From the NCBI GenBank assembly GCA_028023455.1, contig JAQFVV010000005.1, forward strand, positions 22,382,001 through 22,446,000: a stretch of DNA of 64,000 nucleotides, written 5' to 3'. The stretch is from Epiperipatus broadwayi (lineage: Eukaryota > Animalia > Onychophora). The position numbers were made by a program, and so were the translations under genes. Within the stretch, counting starts at the first letter, position 1; each line of letters starts with the position of its first letter. Positions 1 through 12,145 of this stretch are shown here, piece after piece. The notes below the pieces were generated by a model that was not told the origin of the DNA, did not search any database, and worked only from the letters and a program-made list of their open reading frames with translations.

Positions 1-330
1 TTCTATCCCAATCCTTACCACTATAACACTTAATCATCCCATCTTTTGTATAAGTATACTAACATAAATTCTTTATCTAAATCTTCTGCATACCCTGCTA
101 TCTTTCTCACCCATCTTGTTGCCTGCCATTTACTCATAACCCAATTAAATACTATTTTTGCTATTCTCTTATTATTCATAAATTGCAATCTACCGAATAT
201 TTTAATTTTGCTTTTTGCATCTCTCATATAAAAACTTGACCATCCCATTTCTCTTTAATTTGCCTCCTTTGCCATCCACACATCTGCGATGCATTTTTTC
301 CTACTTCTCTGTACAATATAATACAAGAAC
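1..330 (-). mobile_element. Decayed non-LTR retrotransposon (LINE) ORF2 C-terminal fragment
   Basis: ORF 30-248 (GWSSFYMRDAKSKIKIFGRLQFM...RWVRKIAGY) resembles post-RT LINE sequence. A clearly homologous copy lies at ~63570-63745, so it is an interspersed repeat. Confidence 0.55.
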
Positions 331-334
331 AGCT

Positions 335-750
335 CTCTATGTTAGTGCCATCTACTGTAAGTTTGAATAGTCAGTGATTATTGGACGCTTTATAGCATTT
401 AAATACCAGATCTTTGTCTTTTGCCTTTATTAATGAAATTTGGGATTCAAAGCTGGAAGAAATGCAGTTCTGCATCTAGTAACTAACTTTAACTCCATTT
501 ATATAATTGTTTAAGTAGGTTGTCTTGAGTTCAAAACCTCTATCTGATTTGAATTTCAGATTGTTAGCTTGAATAGTAAAATGGAATTAATGATGGTTGC
601 TGGATGCATAACTGCGTTATTTGCAACTTTGAATCCCAACATCATTGATGAAGACAAGAATTAGAAACTGATCTAGGGAGGGGAATTTTAAAAGCAATAG
701 AGCATCTGGTAATCACCGATTATTCTGGCTGTCAGTAGATAGTTACTACA
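335..750 (+). mobile_element. Old degenerate fold-back element (family F4, distant relative of F1)
   Basis: Imperfect inverted arms (GTGCCATCTACTG... vs ...CAGTAGATAG). Decayed hammerhead-like string TTGATGAAGACAAGAATTAGAAACTGATC near 645-675; downstream sequence aligns with F1. Confidence 0.45.
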
Positions 751-1233
751 ATAGAAAGCTGCCCTCGTTTTACTAAACTAAATCGATCACTGATACTCTC
801 TCATCCAATTAGTTTTATTCATTTATTCCAACCAGCATTATTTTATCATCATTATCATTCATTTTTTGATAGTTTTTTCATATCATTATATCAACAACAG
901 GCAAATTTGCTTTGTAATTTTTTTTTCTTATTTTCTTCTTCTATGATTCATATCACCAGCACTTCTTACCAAAGTCTTTCCAACATTTTTGTCTTCCATT
1001 CTATCCAAATTCACTTTTCTACACACATTTCTCTGTAATAAAATAATTCCTTTTCTCTCTTCCACCTTAAATCTTTTTTATGCATTGATAAAAGTTATAA
1101 ATAATTAAATAAGTCCATTTTTCTTTTATTACTATAACAATGCTTATTTATTTTAATTTGGTCAATGTGACAATTTTTACTGACCAACATTCTTTTTCTG
1201 AACTAATATATATATATATATATATATAATGAA

Positions 1234-1581
1234 TACACAGAGGCTAAACTCTTCACACAGTAGCACTACTCAGTGCAAGCCAGAGTAATTAATGGATGCA
1301 AGAAGGTTTGTGCATAAAATTCCTATCTAGTATCTCTGCCTAATATCTAGATGCAGTGTGCACAGATCTAAAGTTCCTCACTGATGAAAACCACAAGCTA
1401 GAAAGTAGTCTGGGGATATTGGATGAGTAGGTACTAGATAAGAATTTTATGCCCAAATCTTTTTGTATCCATTAATTAGTCTGCCTTCCACTGAGTCACG
1501 CTATTGTATGAAGAATTTAGCCTCTGTGTAAACAGCTTGTGTAAGCACAAAAAATGGTGATCATGTGATGTTTAGTGGTTC
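1234..1581 (+). mobile_element. F1 fold-back element (PLE-type non-autonomous), with hammerhead
   Basis: Inverted arms plus ~50 nt tail ending TGATCATGTGATGTTTAGTGGTT. Direct repeat ATATAATGAATACA at 1224-1237 and 1582-1595. Confidence 0.8.
1375..1416 (+). ncRNA. Minimal type I hammerhead motif (F1, mutated copy)
   Basis: TCCTCA-CTGATGA-AAACCACAAGCTA-GAAA-GTAG-TC-TGGGGA; stem II and stem III carry substitutions relative to the family consensus. Confidence 0.55.
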
Positions 1582-1659
1582 ATATAATGAATACATAAAT
1601 AGTTTTATCATATAAACATTACAAGTATCCCATTACAAATTGAATCCTTTTTATATCAT

Positions 1660-2310
1660 TATATATATATATATAATTATAAGGAATTTGAACCCAGACT
1701 TTCAAGTTCTCTTCGGCTATCCAATCTATCTCATACAACCGATAGCCATGACCACACACATGTGTATAAGATAAATGATCTCCAATATACATATTTAATG
1801 CTGAACCAGCACTCATCACTTGGTCCAGAACATAATCTCCCACACATATATATAATCAGTGCTTGGTTTACATTAGGATAGCAAATCTTCAAACTTTAGT
1901 GGACAGGCTTCATTCTACTCCAACTCTTCAGCCATCCATACCATTGAAAGTGATGATAGAAGGCTGAAGAGTTGGAGGTGGAGTAGATTGAAGCCTGCCC
2001 ACTAAAGTTTGAAGATTTGTTATCTTAATATAAACCAAGCAATGATTATATATATATGTGTGGAGATGATGATTTGGACCACAGTGCTGGTTCAGTGTGA
2101 AATATGTATATTAGAGATCATTTATCTTTTTTCACATGTGTGGGCATGTGTTCGGTTATATGAGATAGCAATTTACAACTGTTTTTAATACTTTAACAAT
2201 AAGAAAATTATATGAGATAGATTGGATAGCTGAAGAGAGCTTGAAAATCTGGGTTCAAACTCCTTATAATTACATCTAAACTCTAGGGATATAAGGATAT
2301 GTGTAATTAA
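1660..2310. mobile_element. F2 fold-back element (~600 bp imperfect palindrome plus tail) in a (TA)n tract
   Basis: Arms ~1660-1930 and ~1965-2275 are reverse complements. Contains a B-box-like GGGTTCAAAYTCC; a related copy lies at ~35895-36125. Confidence 0.65.
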
Positions 2311-3051
2311 ATATATATATATATATATGGATATATTAGTGTATGGAGTTGTCCATTTATAATTATTTAGTTAGAAAGCTCTTTATCTAGGATAGAAGCC
2401 AATCAGTGTTAAGGGCTCCAGGCTAAGAGTGAAAATAAAACTGTCAGGCTATTTATATATTAAATATTTACCTCTCAAAGTCTATATTACATTTGTATCA
2501 TAAAAAGTCAAAGGCAGTAAATCTTTAGTATTTTATAAATGTTTTTTATTTTGTTTATATTACTTAATGTCAAAATTATAAAAATAGATCTAACCTAAAA
2601 AATTCATAATCTTTTATTTATTTATTAATTTTCTATTGCTAATCTAAATATTAATGTATATACTTTTGGTTTAATATTTATTATTAGCTAATTTTATAAA
2701 TCATTTTTATTAAAAATGTTTTTATAAATATTTTTAAAATTCTTGTCTAACTAATATTCACACCCATCTTCTACTTATCCAGCTTTTCAACTATCACAAA
2801 TTTGAATTTTAAATAGCTTTTTTTTTTTATATTGTATAATAGTTTCCTTTTTTTTTTTTTTTTTTTTATAATTTTATTGTTTGAAAATTATCCCAATCTA
2901 ATTTATATTACAATAGTTTTTAAACCAAAATCTTTAATGTAGATTTAATACTATTTCTAAGGATAGCTTCTCTCTCTTTTTTCCCTCTTATTTAATTAAT
3001 TTTTGATTCTGAATATTTTATTAATTATTGTTTATTTTTTTCATTTTTCAG

Positions 3052-3060
3052 AAAAATCTG
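3052..3060 (+). CDS. 9-nt microexon of the EGF-repeat gene (x-K-S)
   Basis: Long T-rich tract ending TTTTTCAG, then AAAAATCTG, then GTAAGT. Phase 1-1 like all other exons; joins in frame to the 8406 exon. Confidence 0.6.
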
Positions 3061-3483
3061 GTAAGTTATTGTTTTTTCTTATAAATTTAACTTTAAATAA
3101 TTTTGATTGTACATTTAATTTTATTATGAGAATTTATTTTTTCTTCTGAAAATTCCTTTTAAATTTGAGATAGGTATATGCATCAATTAGGAAAATCAGC
3201 ACAAAATCGTTAAAATTCCAGGTATAGATGACTTTGTGTTACCATGCAGTGGATGTGTATTGCAGTTGTATAATGATAATAATTTTTTGCGGCATAATAA
3301 AAAAACAATAAATGAACAGATTAAACTATATTGTATCAAAATTAAAAACCAGAAATATGACTTTGAATGATGTAAAGATGATCAAGACTCTAACAAGGAT
3401 GTTATATATTGCCTACATTATTAAAAAGATACTTAGCATAAGTCCCTAAAATATGGAAATGCAAGAAAATAAGAACTCTTCTT

Positions 3484-3839
3484 TATAATATTGAATTTCA
3501 AAAATCTCACACATTTCACTTTTCAGCAAAAAAACTTTTAATATTGATTACAGTTTCGACTATAGCATGCAGTTTTCATCAGATCTACAAAATTTGAACA
3601 CACATAAAAATACAACCATTAAAATACACTATTTTATATAAAATTATTAAATTCCTATCATAGTGTATTTAATAATTGTATTTTTATGTGTGTTCAAATT
3701 TTGTAGATCTGATGAAGACTGCATGGTACAGTTGAAACTGTAATCAATATTAAAAGTTTTTTTGCTGAAAAGTGAAAGCGTGTAAAATTTTTGAAATTCC
3801 ATATTATATATGAAGACAGCAAAAACAGAGGAGGAAGAA
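3484..3839 (+). mobile_element. F5 fold-back element with hammerhead in both arms
   Basis: Arms 3484-~3630 and ~3660-3808, tail 3809-3839. Direct repeat AAGAACTCTTCTTTATAATA at 3471-3490 and 3840-3859 (7 nt overlap the arm). Confidence 0.8.
3706..3745 (+). ncRNA. Minimal type I hammerhead motif (F5)
   Basis: GAT-CTGATGA-A-GACTG(catggta)CAGTT-GAAAC-T-GTA-ATC. Antisense counterpart at 3546-3585. Confidence 0.7.
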
Positions 3840-3883
3840 AAGAACTCTTCTTTATAATAATAACACATTTTATATGTTAAACT

Positions 3884-4570
3884 ATGCTGGTGATCAAATA
3901 GCTTTGACTCAGGATCATGATGATTTGGACTATATGGTTAGAAAATTAATAGAAGAATATGAAAAATAGGTCTTGGAAGCAAATATTCACAAACAACAGA
4001 ATATAATGTTAGAAGATTAACAGTAAATTGGAAAATGTGAAAAATATAAATATCTAGGTATAAAGATCACACAAAAAGGAACAATATATGGTTACATGTA
4101 AAAGAAACATTAAAAATCTAGAGCAATGATAAATGGAATATTATAGGATTGGAATATATCAGAAATCACTAAGTGATAAATATATAAAACAATAATGAAA
4201 ATTATCATTGTATATAAGGGTGAGGTTTGACAGATGAAGGAAAGAATAGAAAGGGAATTTATGATTACAAGAATGGAGTACTGCTGAAGATCCACATGGA
4301 AATCAAGGAGAAAATGAATGTATTATTAAAAGAATTTAAGAAATAATGGATATTTAACTGTAAAAAATGAAATCACAACAAATAATTGAAATGATATAGA
4401 TATCTATAGAAAATCTTTCAAGAAAGTTTATCAAAATAAATATTAACTTGGATGCTACTGGAAAAGTCAAAAGCATACATCCAAAAAGTAATTGGAAAGA
4501 ATAAGTAGATAGAGACATTAAAGAAAAAAATTTGTGATAAGATTTATGCACTATCATAGAGACATGGCAA
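3884..4570 (+). mobile_element. Decayed RTE-like LINE reverse transcriptase fragment
   Basis: Translates with stops to YAGDQIALTQDHDDLDYMVRKLIEEYEK...KYKYLG, i.e. the YADD region and downstream RT motifs. Confidence 0.6.
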
Positions 4571-5164
4571 TTGTGAATCAAAAGACATCATTGATTATTA
4601 TAGACCGATAATGTTGCTGTAAAAATTTAGAACATTTAATTTTATCTGGACTTTCCAAAAATATATTTAGAAAAGACCTTAAAACAAAAAGGAAGAAAAG
4701 CTATTCCACAATAATTGATGAAAGTTCATATTTTGTGTGGGCTAAAATGTGATTGTAATGTTCAGTAAATTTTTTCAGTTATAAAATATCAAATATAAAA
4801 GTCTACTAATTTTTGAACAAGTATAAATTTAATTAAACATAAATTCAAGTACCAGCTGATTACAAAAAGATCTGCTAGTATAAAGAAAGAAGTCAATGTA
4901 GTCTTCAGCATTAGATTAAAAGCTGTTCAAACGTCAATTTAGATTAACAGATCATCAGGATGGGTATACAAAAAGATGAAATTAATTCATATGGTTACAT
5001 TATTGGTGACAATCTGATTCAAAATGAATATTTTTATCCAAAAGATAATCGAAATTGATTTCATCTCACTGTCCAAACCATAAATATTCTATTGCCATGT
5101 CTATTGGTCAAGCAATATTTCTAATTTTTAAAGCCAGTATATTTGAATTGTGCAAATAATCAAG

Positions 5165-5970
5165 ATATGACAGTGCCATCTATCATAAGCTTGAGTAATT
5201 AGTCATTACTAAATATATTTTAAATCTCCATTCTTAGGCCACTTTCTACCTTTTGCCTTTATTGATAAAGCTTGGGATTCAAAATTTAAAAGGAGGCAGT
5301 TGTACATCCATTAATAACTTTTAACTTCCATTTTATCTATGAAGTTAAAAATCTGAAATTCAAATCAGTCTAAAGTAAAAACTCAAGTCAACCTGCTTAA
5401 ACAATTATACATATCTGAATATAATATTCATTAAGGCTGTAGCCTCAATCACATGCGTATAAAATGCGATAGTAGGGACCTCTACAGGTCTTAAACCACA
5501 TGAAGAAGCATGTGGTTTAAGACCTGTAGAGGTCCCTACTATCGCATTTTATACGCATGTGATTGAGGCTACAGCGTTAATGAATATTATTTACGTAATG
5601 AATGTGCATTTAAATAAATTTATAATTATATCTGAATATAGTAATTATATATATTTTAGTACTTTCAGTTTTTCATCTTATCCTACTGGCTAGGAATGTT
5701 GATAATCACAGCTGGATTCACATCTATATAACTGTTCAAGCATGTTGATTTAGGTTCAAAACCTTAAGTTAAATGAAATTTCAGACTTTTAGTTGATGGA
5801 TAAAATAGTATTAAAGACAACTTGTTGGATATATATCTATATTTTTTATAATTTTAAATGCTGAACCTACAATGATAAAGACAAAAGACAGGAACCAGCT
5901 TTTAGATAGGGCTTTAAAATGTATTTGGTAATAACTGATTACTCAAACATATAGTAGATGGCATTAGAGT
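5165..5970. mobile_element. Old F4 fold-back element with a younger F3 hairpin nested in its centre
   Basis: Degenerate arms (AGTGCCATCTATCA...GAGTAAT vs TGATTACTCAAAC...GTAGATGGCA); same family as 335-750. Confidence 0.45.
5421..5627 (+). mobile_element. F3 near-perfect hairpin insertion
   Basis: ~82 bp arms (5421-5502 / 5509-5590), one mismatch, loop AAGAAG, 37 nt tail. Direct repeat ATATCTGAATATA at 5411-5423 and 5628-5640. Single-arm copies at ~19889-19985, ~29565-29640 and ~56450-56540. Confidence 0.8.
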
Positions 5971-6239
5971 GGAAAACTGTTCTTGTCTTTATCACATTTT
6001 TTAAATTAGCTGTGTGTGTTAAGTAACTTATTACTATTATATGCACACAGTTACTATTTAAAAATGATTTTATTGGTAAATTACTGTCCTTTTATATAGT
6101 CTTTCTATGTAACAATTTATATTAAAGTATTGGTTTATTTCCTCATTCAAATCTATACCATTATGGCAGTCTGTTAATATTTTTAAATGATATACAAGTT
6201 CTAGCTTAAATTCCTTAGAATATTTCTTCTATTGCTAAA

Positions 6240-6420
6240 AGAGATGTCTGTAGATGGACAACTCAACTCTCAAAATAGATCCCAATAGATTATAAAATAT
6301 GCAAGAAGAAACCATGTGTGAGATGGTTGAGTCAGGCAAGGAAATATTCTTGTTTGAAATATAAGATATGACTTGGAAAAACTGGATTAAATTTGGAGAA
6401 ACTTTGTCAACTTTTTAGAG
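6240..6420 (+). mobile_element. Old RTE LINE 3' remnant
   Basis: PIDYKICKKKPCVRWLSQARK-like translation matches the WIPRDFKRHRKRPHMRW end of the RTE copy at 36401. Confidence 0.4.
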
Positions 6421-8405
6421 AGTCACGATGTTTTTCTTATGAGATCTTTGCAAGAAATATCATTTAGATTCCTCACCATATTGACAATAAGCACCATCTT
6501 TAATATAATGTTTCTATGACAACCACGTAGTTCCTATGCCATATTACTAATATCTAAACTGTTTTTTATTTGTCAACTGATCTTGCTTATGTAAAGTGAC
6601 TTTTCTGTCCTCTTTTAATACATTGTTTTACTTTGTTACTGTATGTGAGGTAGATTGTGTTGTCTTTTGTTGGTTAAGATTTAAAGGCGTGAAATACAGT
6701 AGTGTTGTACATTAGAGATGATGCAAAAATCTTGGCAGGCAGCCAATAGTTTTGATAACCATCTAGTATTAATCAGTAAATGGGTATTTAGTTATTTATA
6801 ACTAGATGATAAAACAATTGTTGGAAAAGTGTTTAAACCTTTATAATTTGGGAATTGGAATGATTAGTGGGTATTACTTCCATCTTCACTGTTCTTCTAT
6901 GAGGGATTATTGTAAGGCCAATGTACATTTCAATTTTTAGTTACTATAAAATTAAATATAGTTTAACTAATAATATTGTATTGCAACTGACTACCCAGAG
7001 CAATCAAAATATGTTTGATTTTGTATTAAAAAGTATATAATTAAAAAGATTTTTTTTACAGGTTTTTATAATATAAACTAAAGCCTCTAAAATATATAGA
7101 AAGTGATCAGTTGTTAGATCTATATAACTATGTGAGTGAGTTAGCTTCAGTGCAAAACTAGAATTTTTTTGTAGTATCAGGCTATTAGCTTGAATGATAT
7201 AAAGGAATACAAACTGATTGTTAAATATATAAGTGCATTAGTTTTAGCTTTGAATTCTAATCTTCGCTAATTGAGGCAAAGGCTAGAAACATATTTGATG
7301 ATCAAAATATAGACCATTTGAATCTATTGATTACTCAGTCTTGTAGTGACTGGCCAAGAGTAATGTGAAGAGAATTTGCTCTTGGAAGCATATGAATAAA
7401 CATATAAGGAACTCATGTTATGTTGGTGTTTATAATTTAATATTCTTATGGTAGAAGAATAAAATTTATGAAATAAGATTATATGTTTTGTTTGGTTGAG
7501 CAATATTTGATTTCCAAGAAGAGTGAATATATAGCTCATTCTATTTTTTTATTGGTTAAGAGAAATAGTTAGTATGCTGTTGTCCTACAATGAATTTGAG
7601 AAAGCTGTGTTTATAATTTTAATACAAACGTTGCTATGGATCTAAAATGTGTATTAAAATCTATAAACTTGTTCGTATTAATCTGTAGATGAAATTTAGG
7701 AACTATATGTATTTTTGCTCATTAACTTATACATTAACCACAAAAATGCCACTCCTGTCTTCCAAAAAGTATCAATTAAAGCAACTACTTAGGTTGTGGT
7801 ATAATTTCTACATGAGACTAAAATTTTGAGTTATTTGGTTTTCAAACACTAACAGAACAATACATGATCTCTGCCTACATACATATTAATTTTAAATAGC
7901 AAAGCTATTTCTTATTTTCCAGTTCTGCCATCTAATATAAACATAAGTAATCAATAGATACTAGATTTTAGAATTTAATACATTCCTATCATTATAGTCT
8001 TATTAATATCCCCAGATTAGTTTCTAACTTAAGACTTGGATTAGAATCTAGGGCATATATCTTTTCTCCAGAAGTCATTGTTTCTTTCTTTTTTTATTAT
8101 CAATCTATCAGCCTGAAATTCAAGAACATCTTAATATGATGTGATAATAAAAAAGGGACTGATAGAAGAAAAGTGCATTACATCTGAAAATCCAGGTAGG
8201 TTAATCCCATAATCAAATATCCCCAGTGATGAAAGCCATAAGCTAAAAACTAATATGGGTTTCTCGATAGGGCAGCATTACTATTTCACATCTATTGATT
8301 ACTCAAGTGCCTAGGTGACAAAACTGGAGTAGAATAAATAGATTTGTTTTTTAAATCAAATGAATTTGTATCTACGATTTTAAAACTATTTAATCTTTTT
8401 TTTAG

Positions 8406-8534
8406 ATGATAGTTGTAGACATCGTAAGTGTCCAGAGAACATGGTTTGCGTTAAAAGAAACAACGTAAAAGATGATTCATCAATTTGTATCTGTAAACCA
8501 GGATTTATTGGAGATAATGAACTTGGCTGTAAAG
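8406..8534 (+). CDS. EGF-like exon 1
   Basis: tttag|...|gtaaat, 129 nt, phase 1-1: DSCRHRKCPENMVCVKRNNVKDDSSICICKPGFIGDNELGCK (6 Cys, EGF spacing). Confidence 0.9.
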
Positions 8535-8683
8535 GTAAATATAGTTTCTTCATATTAAATTAATGATGTTATTTTTTGCCTTCAATTCAAGAAGTCAAAC
8601 TCTAAGCATTGAATAAAATTACTGGCACTAGATGTGTCTCATGGTTAAAATCTGTGAAAGTTAAATTTGAAATTAGAGTGATT

Positions 8684-9200
8684 CTAAGAGAATGGGATGT
8701 TGAGGTAAGAAGATTGGGAATAAGGATGATAATTTTTATCAAGTAGAATCTGTAATATGATGATGACCCCCCTATTTATAAATGGTATAGCATTTTTGAC
8801 AAATTGCTTAAAACTGTTTTTAGAGAAGGGTGGAGAGATAGAAATATGAAAAATTGAAATAAAAAAATTAAATTCTATGAGGAAAATATAAAATAATAGT
8901 ATTTTATAGAAAAAGTAAAACTGAAGGATAGGTAATGAAGGATATTTGCCTAGAAAAAGTAGAGGAGTAAGAACAGAAAGGTGAGGAAAAAAATACTGTA
9001 ATGAGATTGATAAGTAGAAAGCCTGCAAAAGCTATTGATACCTGCCTTCATATTTTTAATGAGGCATCTTGTATTAGCCAAATGTCTCAGAAATTTTTAG
9101 ATGGAAATCAAAAAGAAGTAAATAGATATGCATTAGATGATATACTACAGAAAGCAAACGAGGTTATTCAAGAGGAAATGATTTGAAATTTACGAGAGAA
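8684..9200 (+). mobile_element. Highly decayed LINE-like fragment
   Basis: Purine-rich + strand; resembles the reverse complement of the window start (GGTAAGAAGATTGGGAATAAG vs GGTAAGGATTGGGATAGAA). Confidence 0.3.
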
Positions 9201-9544
9201 ATCAAAAGTTATATTTTGAAGACTTCAATGCTTGAATGAAAATTGATTAATAAATGGATTAAATGCCAAATATTGGACAACATGGTTGCTAGATAGAGGA
9301 TTTATGTATTTATATAGCAGGTATATAATTATGAGGAACATCCTGCATAGTTTGGAGCCATGATAGAATGGCAAGTTTTGGACTGTGAATCACAGTCCAA
9401 CTCTGATATCTTCCCATACTGTAACATGAACTTTTGAGAAATAAACCATTTGATGATTTATTTATCTTATTTATTATGAAGATTGGAATAAATTGTGAGG
9501 ATGAATAAATCGGTTAGAGGCAAGAATTGGACCTTGCAGAAAAT

Positions 9545-10750
9545 GAATATGAATGCAAAATATAAAATTATATAAGAATAATAAATATATAACTCATGTA
9601 AAAATTGTCATACCATTGTATGGGGTAAGAATAGGTGCTTTAGATGCCAAAGTTAGAAGACAGAAATGGAATAAGGATTTGGATTGCAGATATGATTCAT
9701 TTTAAAATCGAAAAGTATTAACATTTACTTGTAGGATTAGATTGTTGAAAGAGAATCAAAATAAATTGGAGAATAGGTGAAGCATAAAAATGAAAGATAT
9801 GAAAGTGATTGTTTTTATATTTAACTTTTTTTTACCAAGAATGAAGAATATGAAAATATGATATGAGAAATAATTGTTTTTTTAAATTAAACAGACAAAA
9901 CAAATATGTCAGTGATAAGAGAATTTGTTTGGGATACTGGTTGTTTGTAAAATTTTCAATATATGTTTTATTCTCCTTAGAATAATATAATTCCTCCTTT
10001 TCATTCATCAACATTTTTGCATTGACTATATTACTACTAATATAAATAATGAAATCACTTCCCTTATGCATTTTATATAAGACAATCATTTATTTTTTAC
10101 ATTTGCAATATTTTTAAATAGTAGAAGCTCTGAGAAAGTCTGTTGAATAGTTGAAACTGTAAGCAATTTTCAAATGTAAAAAATAAATTATTGCCTTACA
10201 TAAAGTGCATAAGGGAAGTGATTTCATTATTCATATTAGGAGTAATATAATCAATGCAAAAAAGGTGCTGAATGGAAAGTAGGAATTATATGATTCTAAG
10301 GAGTAATAAAACATATACTGAAAATTTTACAAACAGGCAATATCCCAAACTAATTCTTTTACCACTGGCACATTTATTTTGTCCTGTTTAATTTAAGAAA
10401 AACAAAAAATATTTAATTAATTCTCATATCTTATTTTCGTATTCTCCATTCTTGGTAAACAAAAGTAAATATAAAATATATCTCTTTCATACCTTTCATT
10501 TTTATGCTTCACCTATTCTCCAATTTTTCTTGATTCTCTTTCAACAATCTAAATCCTAAAAGTAAATGTTAATACTTTCCCATTTTCAAATGAACCATAT
10601 CTACAATCAAAATCCTTATTCCATTTCTGCCTTCTAACTTTGGTATCTAAAACATCTATTTTTATCCCATTATTTATATTAGTACTCATTTTTACTTGCT
10701 ATCATTCACAATCAACAATAATAAACTATTATTGTTTAATTTGCAGTCAT
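9545..10750 (+). mobile_element. ~1.2 kb degenerate fold-back with an F5-type hammerhead in the loop
   Basis: Arms ~9590-10115 and ~10170-10700 are reverse complements (~85% by eye). Loop holds GCT-CTGAGAA-AGTCTGTTGAATAGTT-GAAAC-T-GTA-AGC at 10127-10164 (G8 mutated). Confidence 0.7.
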
Positions 10751-10862
10751 TGCATGAACTTGGACTTATGTACATCTTTTTTTCTTATTGTTACTTATCA
10801 TTAAATAAAAATAATCGAATGATTCTTTGCTTAGGAGTTCATAAAAAATTCTAGCAACAGAA

Positions 10863-11044
10863 GTTCAATTTCGATGAAATGATTCCAGCTTTGTCACTTC
10901 CAATATTTAAGCTCTTATGGGCTACTTACCAATAGATTGCACCAAACCATGTAGGGTAATAACCAATTAGTCTATTGGTAAGTAGCCCCTAAGAATTTAA
11001 ATATCGGAAGTGACAAAACTGGAATTATTTCATCGAAATTGAAC
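10863..11044. repeat. Inverted repeat, ~75 bp arms
   Basis: GTTCAATTTCGATGAAATGATTCC...CAATAGA vs TCTATTGG...CATCGAAATTGAAC, ~90% identity, ending ~130 nt upstream of an exon. Confidence 0.8.
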
Positions 11045-11176
11045 CCCAGAATCCCCTGCATTAACCATTCTAGACACTACGAAACAATATGTCTATTTTT
11101 TAATGAAATTACTAATGAGTTTTTAATATAAAATACATCTTTTTTTAAATTTAAATCTTATTTTATTTTATTGCAG

Positions 11177-11302
11177 TAAGTGATCATTGCAAAAAAAACA
11201 GTTGTGGAATTAATGCTGATTGTCAAGAGACGGAAGTGTCCTTTACGTGTGAATGTAAGCCAGGGATGATAGGAAACCCTTACTCATATATAGGTTGCAG
11301 TC
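11177..11302 (+). CDS. EGF-like exon 2
   Basis: ttgcag|...|gtaagt, 126 nt: SDHCKKNSCGINADCQETEVSFTCECKPGMIGNPYSYIGCS. Confidence 0.92.
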
Positions 11303-11680
11303 GTAAGTTGAAATATTTTCTCTCTTTATACATGTGTATATGTGGGTGAATGTTTATATTTATGAAGAGCAACATCTTTAAGCAGGTTTAGTGTTTTTAA
11401 AAACACTAGATCTTATTTCCTAATTAACAGTGTCTCTGTAATTAAGAACAACTGAATAAAACATCCATTAACTATAGACGCCTTTTCTATTTCTTGTTTT
11501 GAGTTTCTCTCTCTATAGGATGAAGTTGTTTCCCAATTTAATCCAATTTTTTAAGTTCATAACTTCAAATCTTTCTGCTGAGCACTTGTGATCTCTTTCT
11601 AGTTTTTTTACAATCTTTTAATGATCCAATTTAAGAACTTGACTTGTCCATTTGCTATCATTATTTCTTTTTTATATGAC

Positions 11681-12093
11681 TGAAGTGTTTGATAAAAGAA
11701 AAAGAAATATTTCAGAAGTGAAATTACAACATATGTTTTGCTTTTTGGAATGGCGGAATATAAAAATATAAAACGGATTATAGAGGACAAAGGATTACGT
11801 TTAGAGAAATTGAGAACAAGCCGGACCACAGAGAAATTAGGAGTACAATTTGATTGGTAGAAATGCAGAAGAACAGACGAATTGAAATGGTGAGATAATT
11901 GAACCAATGAACTGATAAATCCGGAAAGGTGTGAAATTTTCAACACACAGCAAATAAAAAGACTTTTTTCATGTATATATTTCTGTAGTAATTAGTTTTA
12001 AAAGTAGAGTGTACTGTAGAAGTTTGTGTTTAAATAAAGCATTATGGTATTATAAAAAATAACACGGAGTAAAGATTTTGTTAATACACGGCA
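11681..12093 (+). repeat. 5' LTR
   Basis: Matches 15832-16244 with two substitutions seen (GGCGG/GGCAG; TTTCATG/TTTTATG). Confidence 0.97.
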
Positions 12094-12098
12094 AATCT

Positions 12099-12109
12099 TG
12101 GCGCAGTCG
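12099..12109 (+). other. Primer binding site, tRNA-Ser
   Basis: TGGCGCAGTCG is complementary to the 3' end CGACTGCG-CCA that I recall for insect tRNA-Ser; 5 nt after the LTR. Confidence 0.75.
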
Positions 12110-12145
12110 CCGTGAAAAGTTGAACCTACGGACGGACAAGTTAAA

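Noticed and set aside
1900-2260. CTGAAGA strings in F2 as hammerheads
   Set aside because: One is followed by GAAG rather than GAAA with no clear stem II; the other leaves no room for a stem II loop and runs into a B-box-like sequence.
4690-4760. hAT transposase fragment (YSTIIDESS)
   Set aside because: Match too short to support without a database search.
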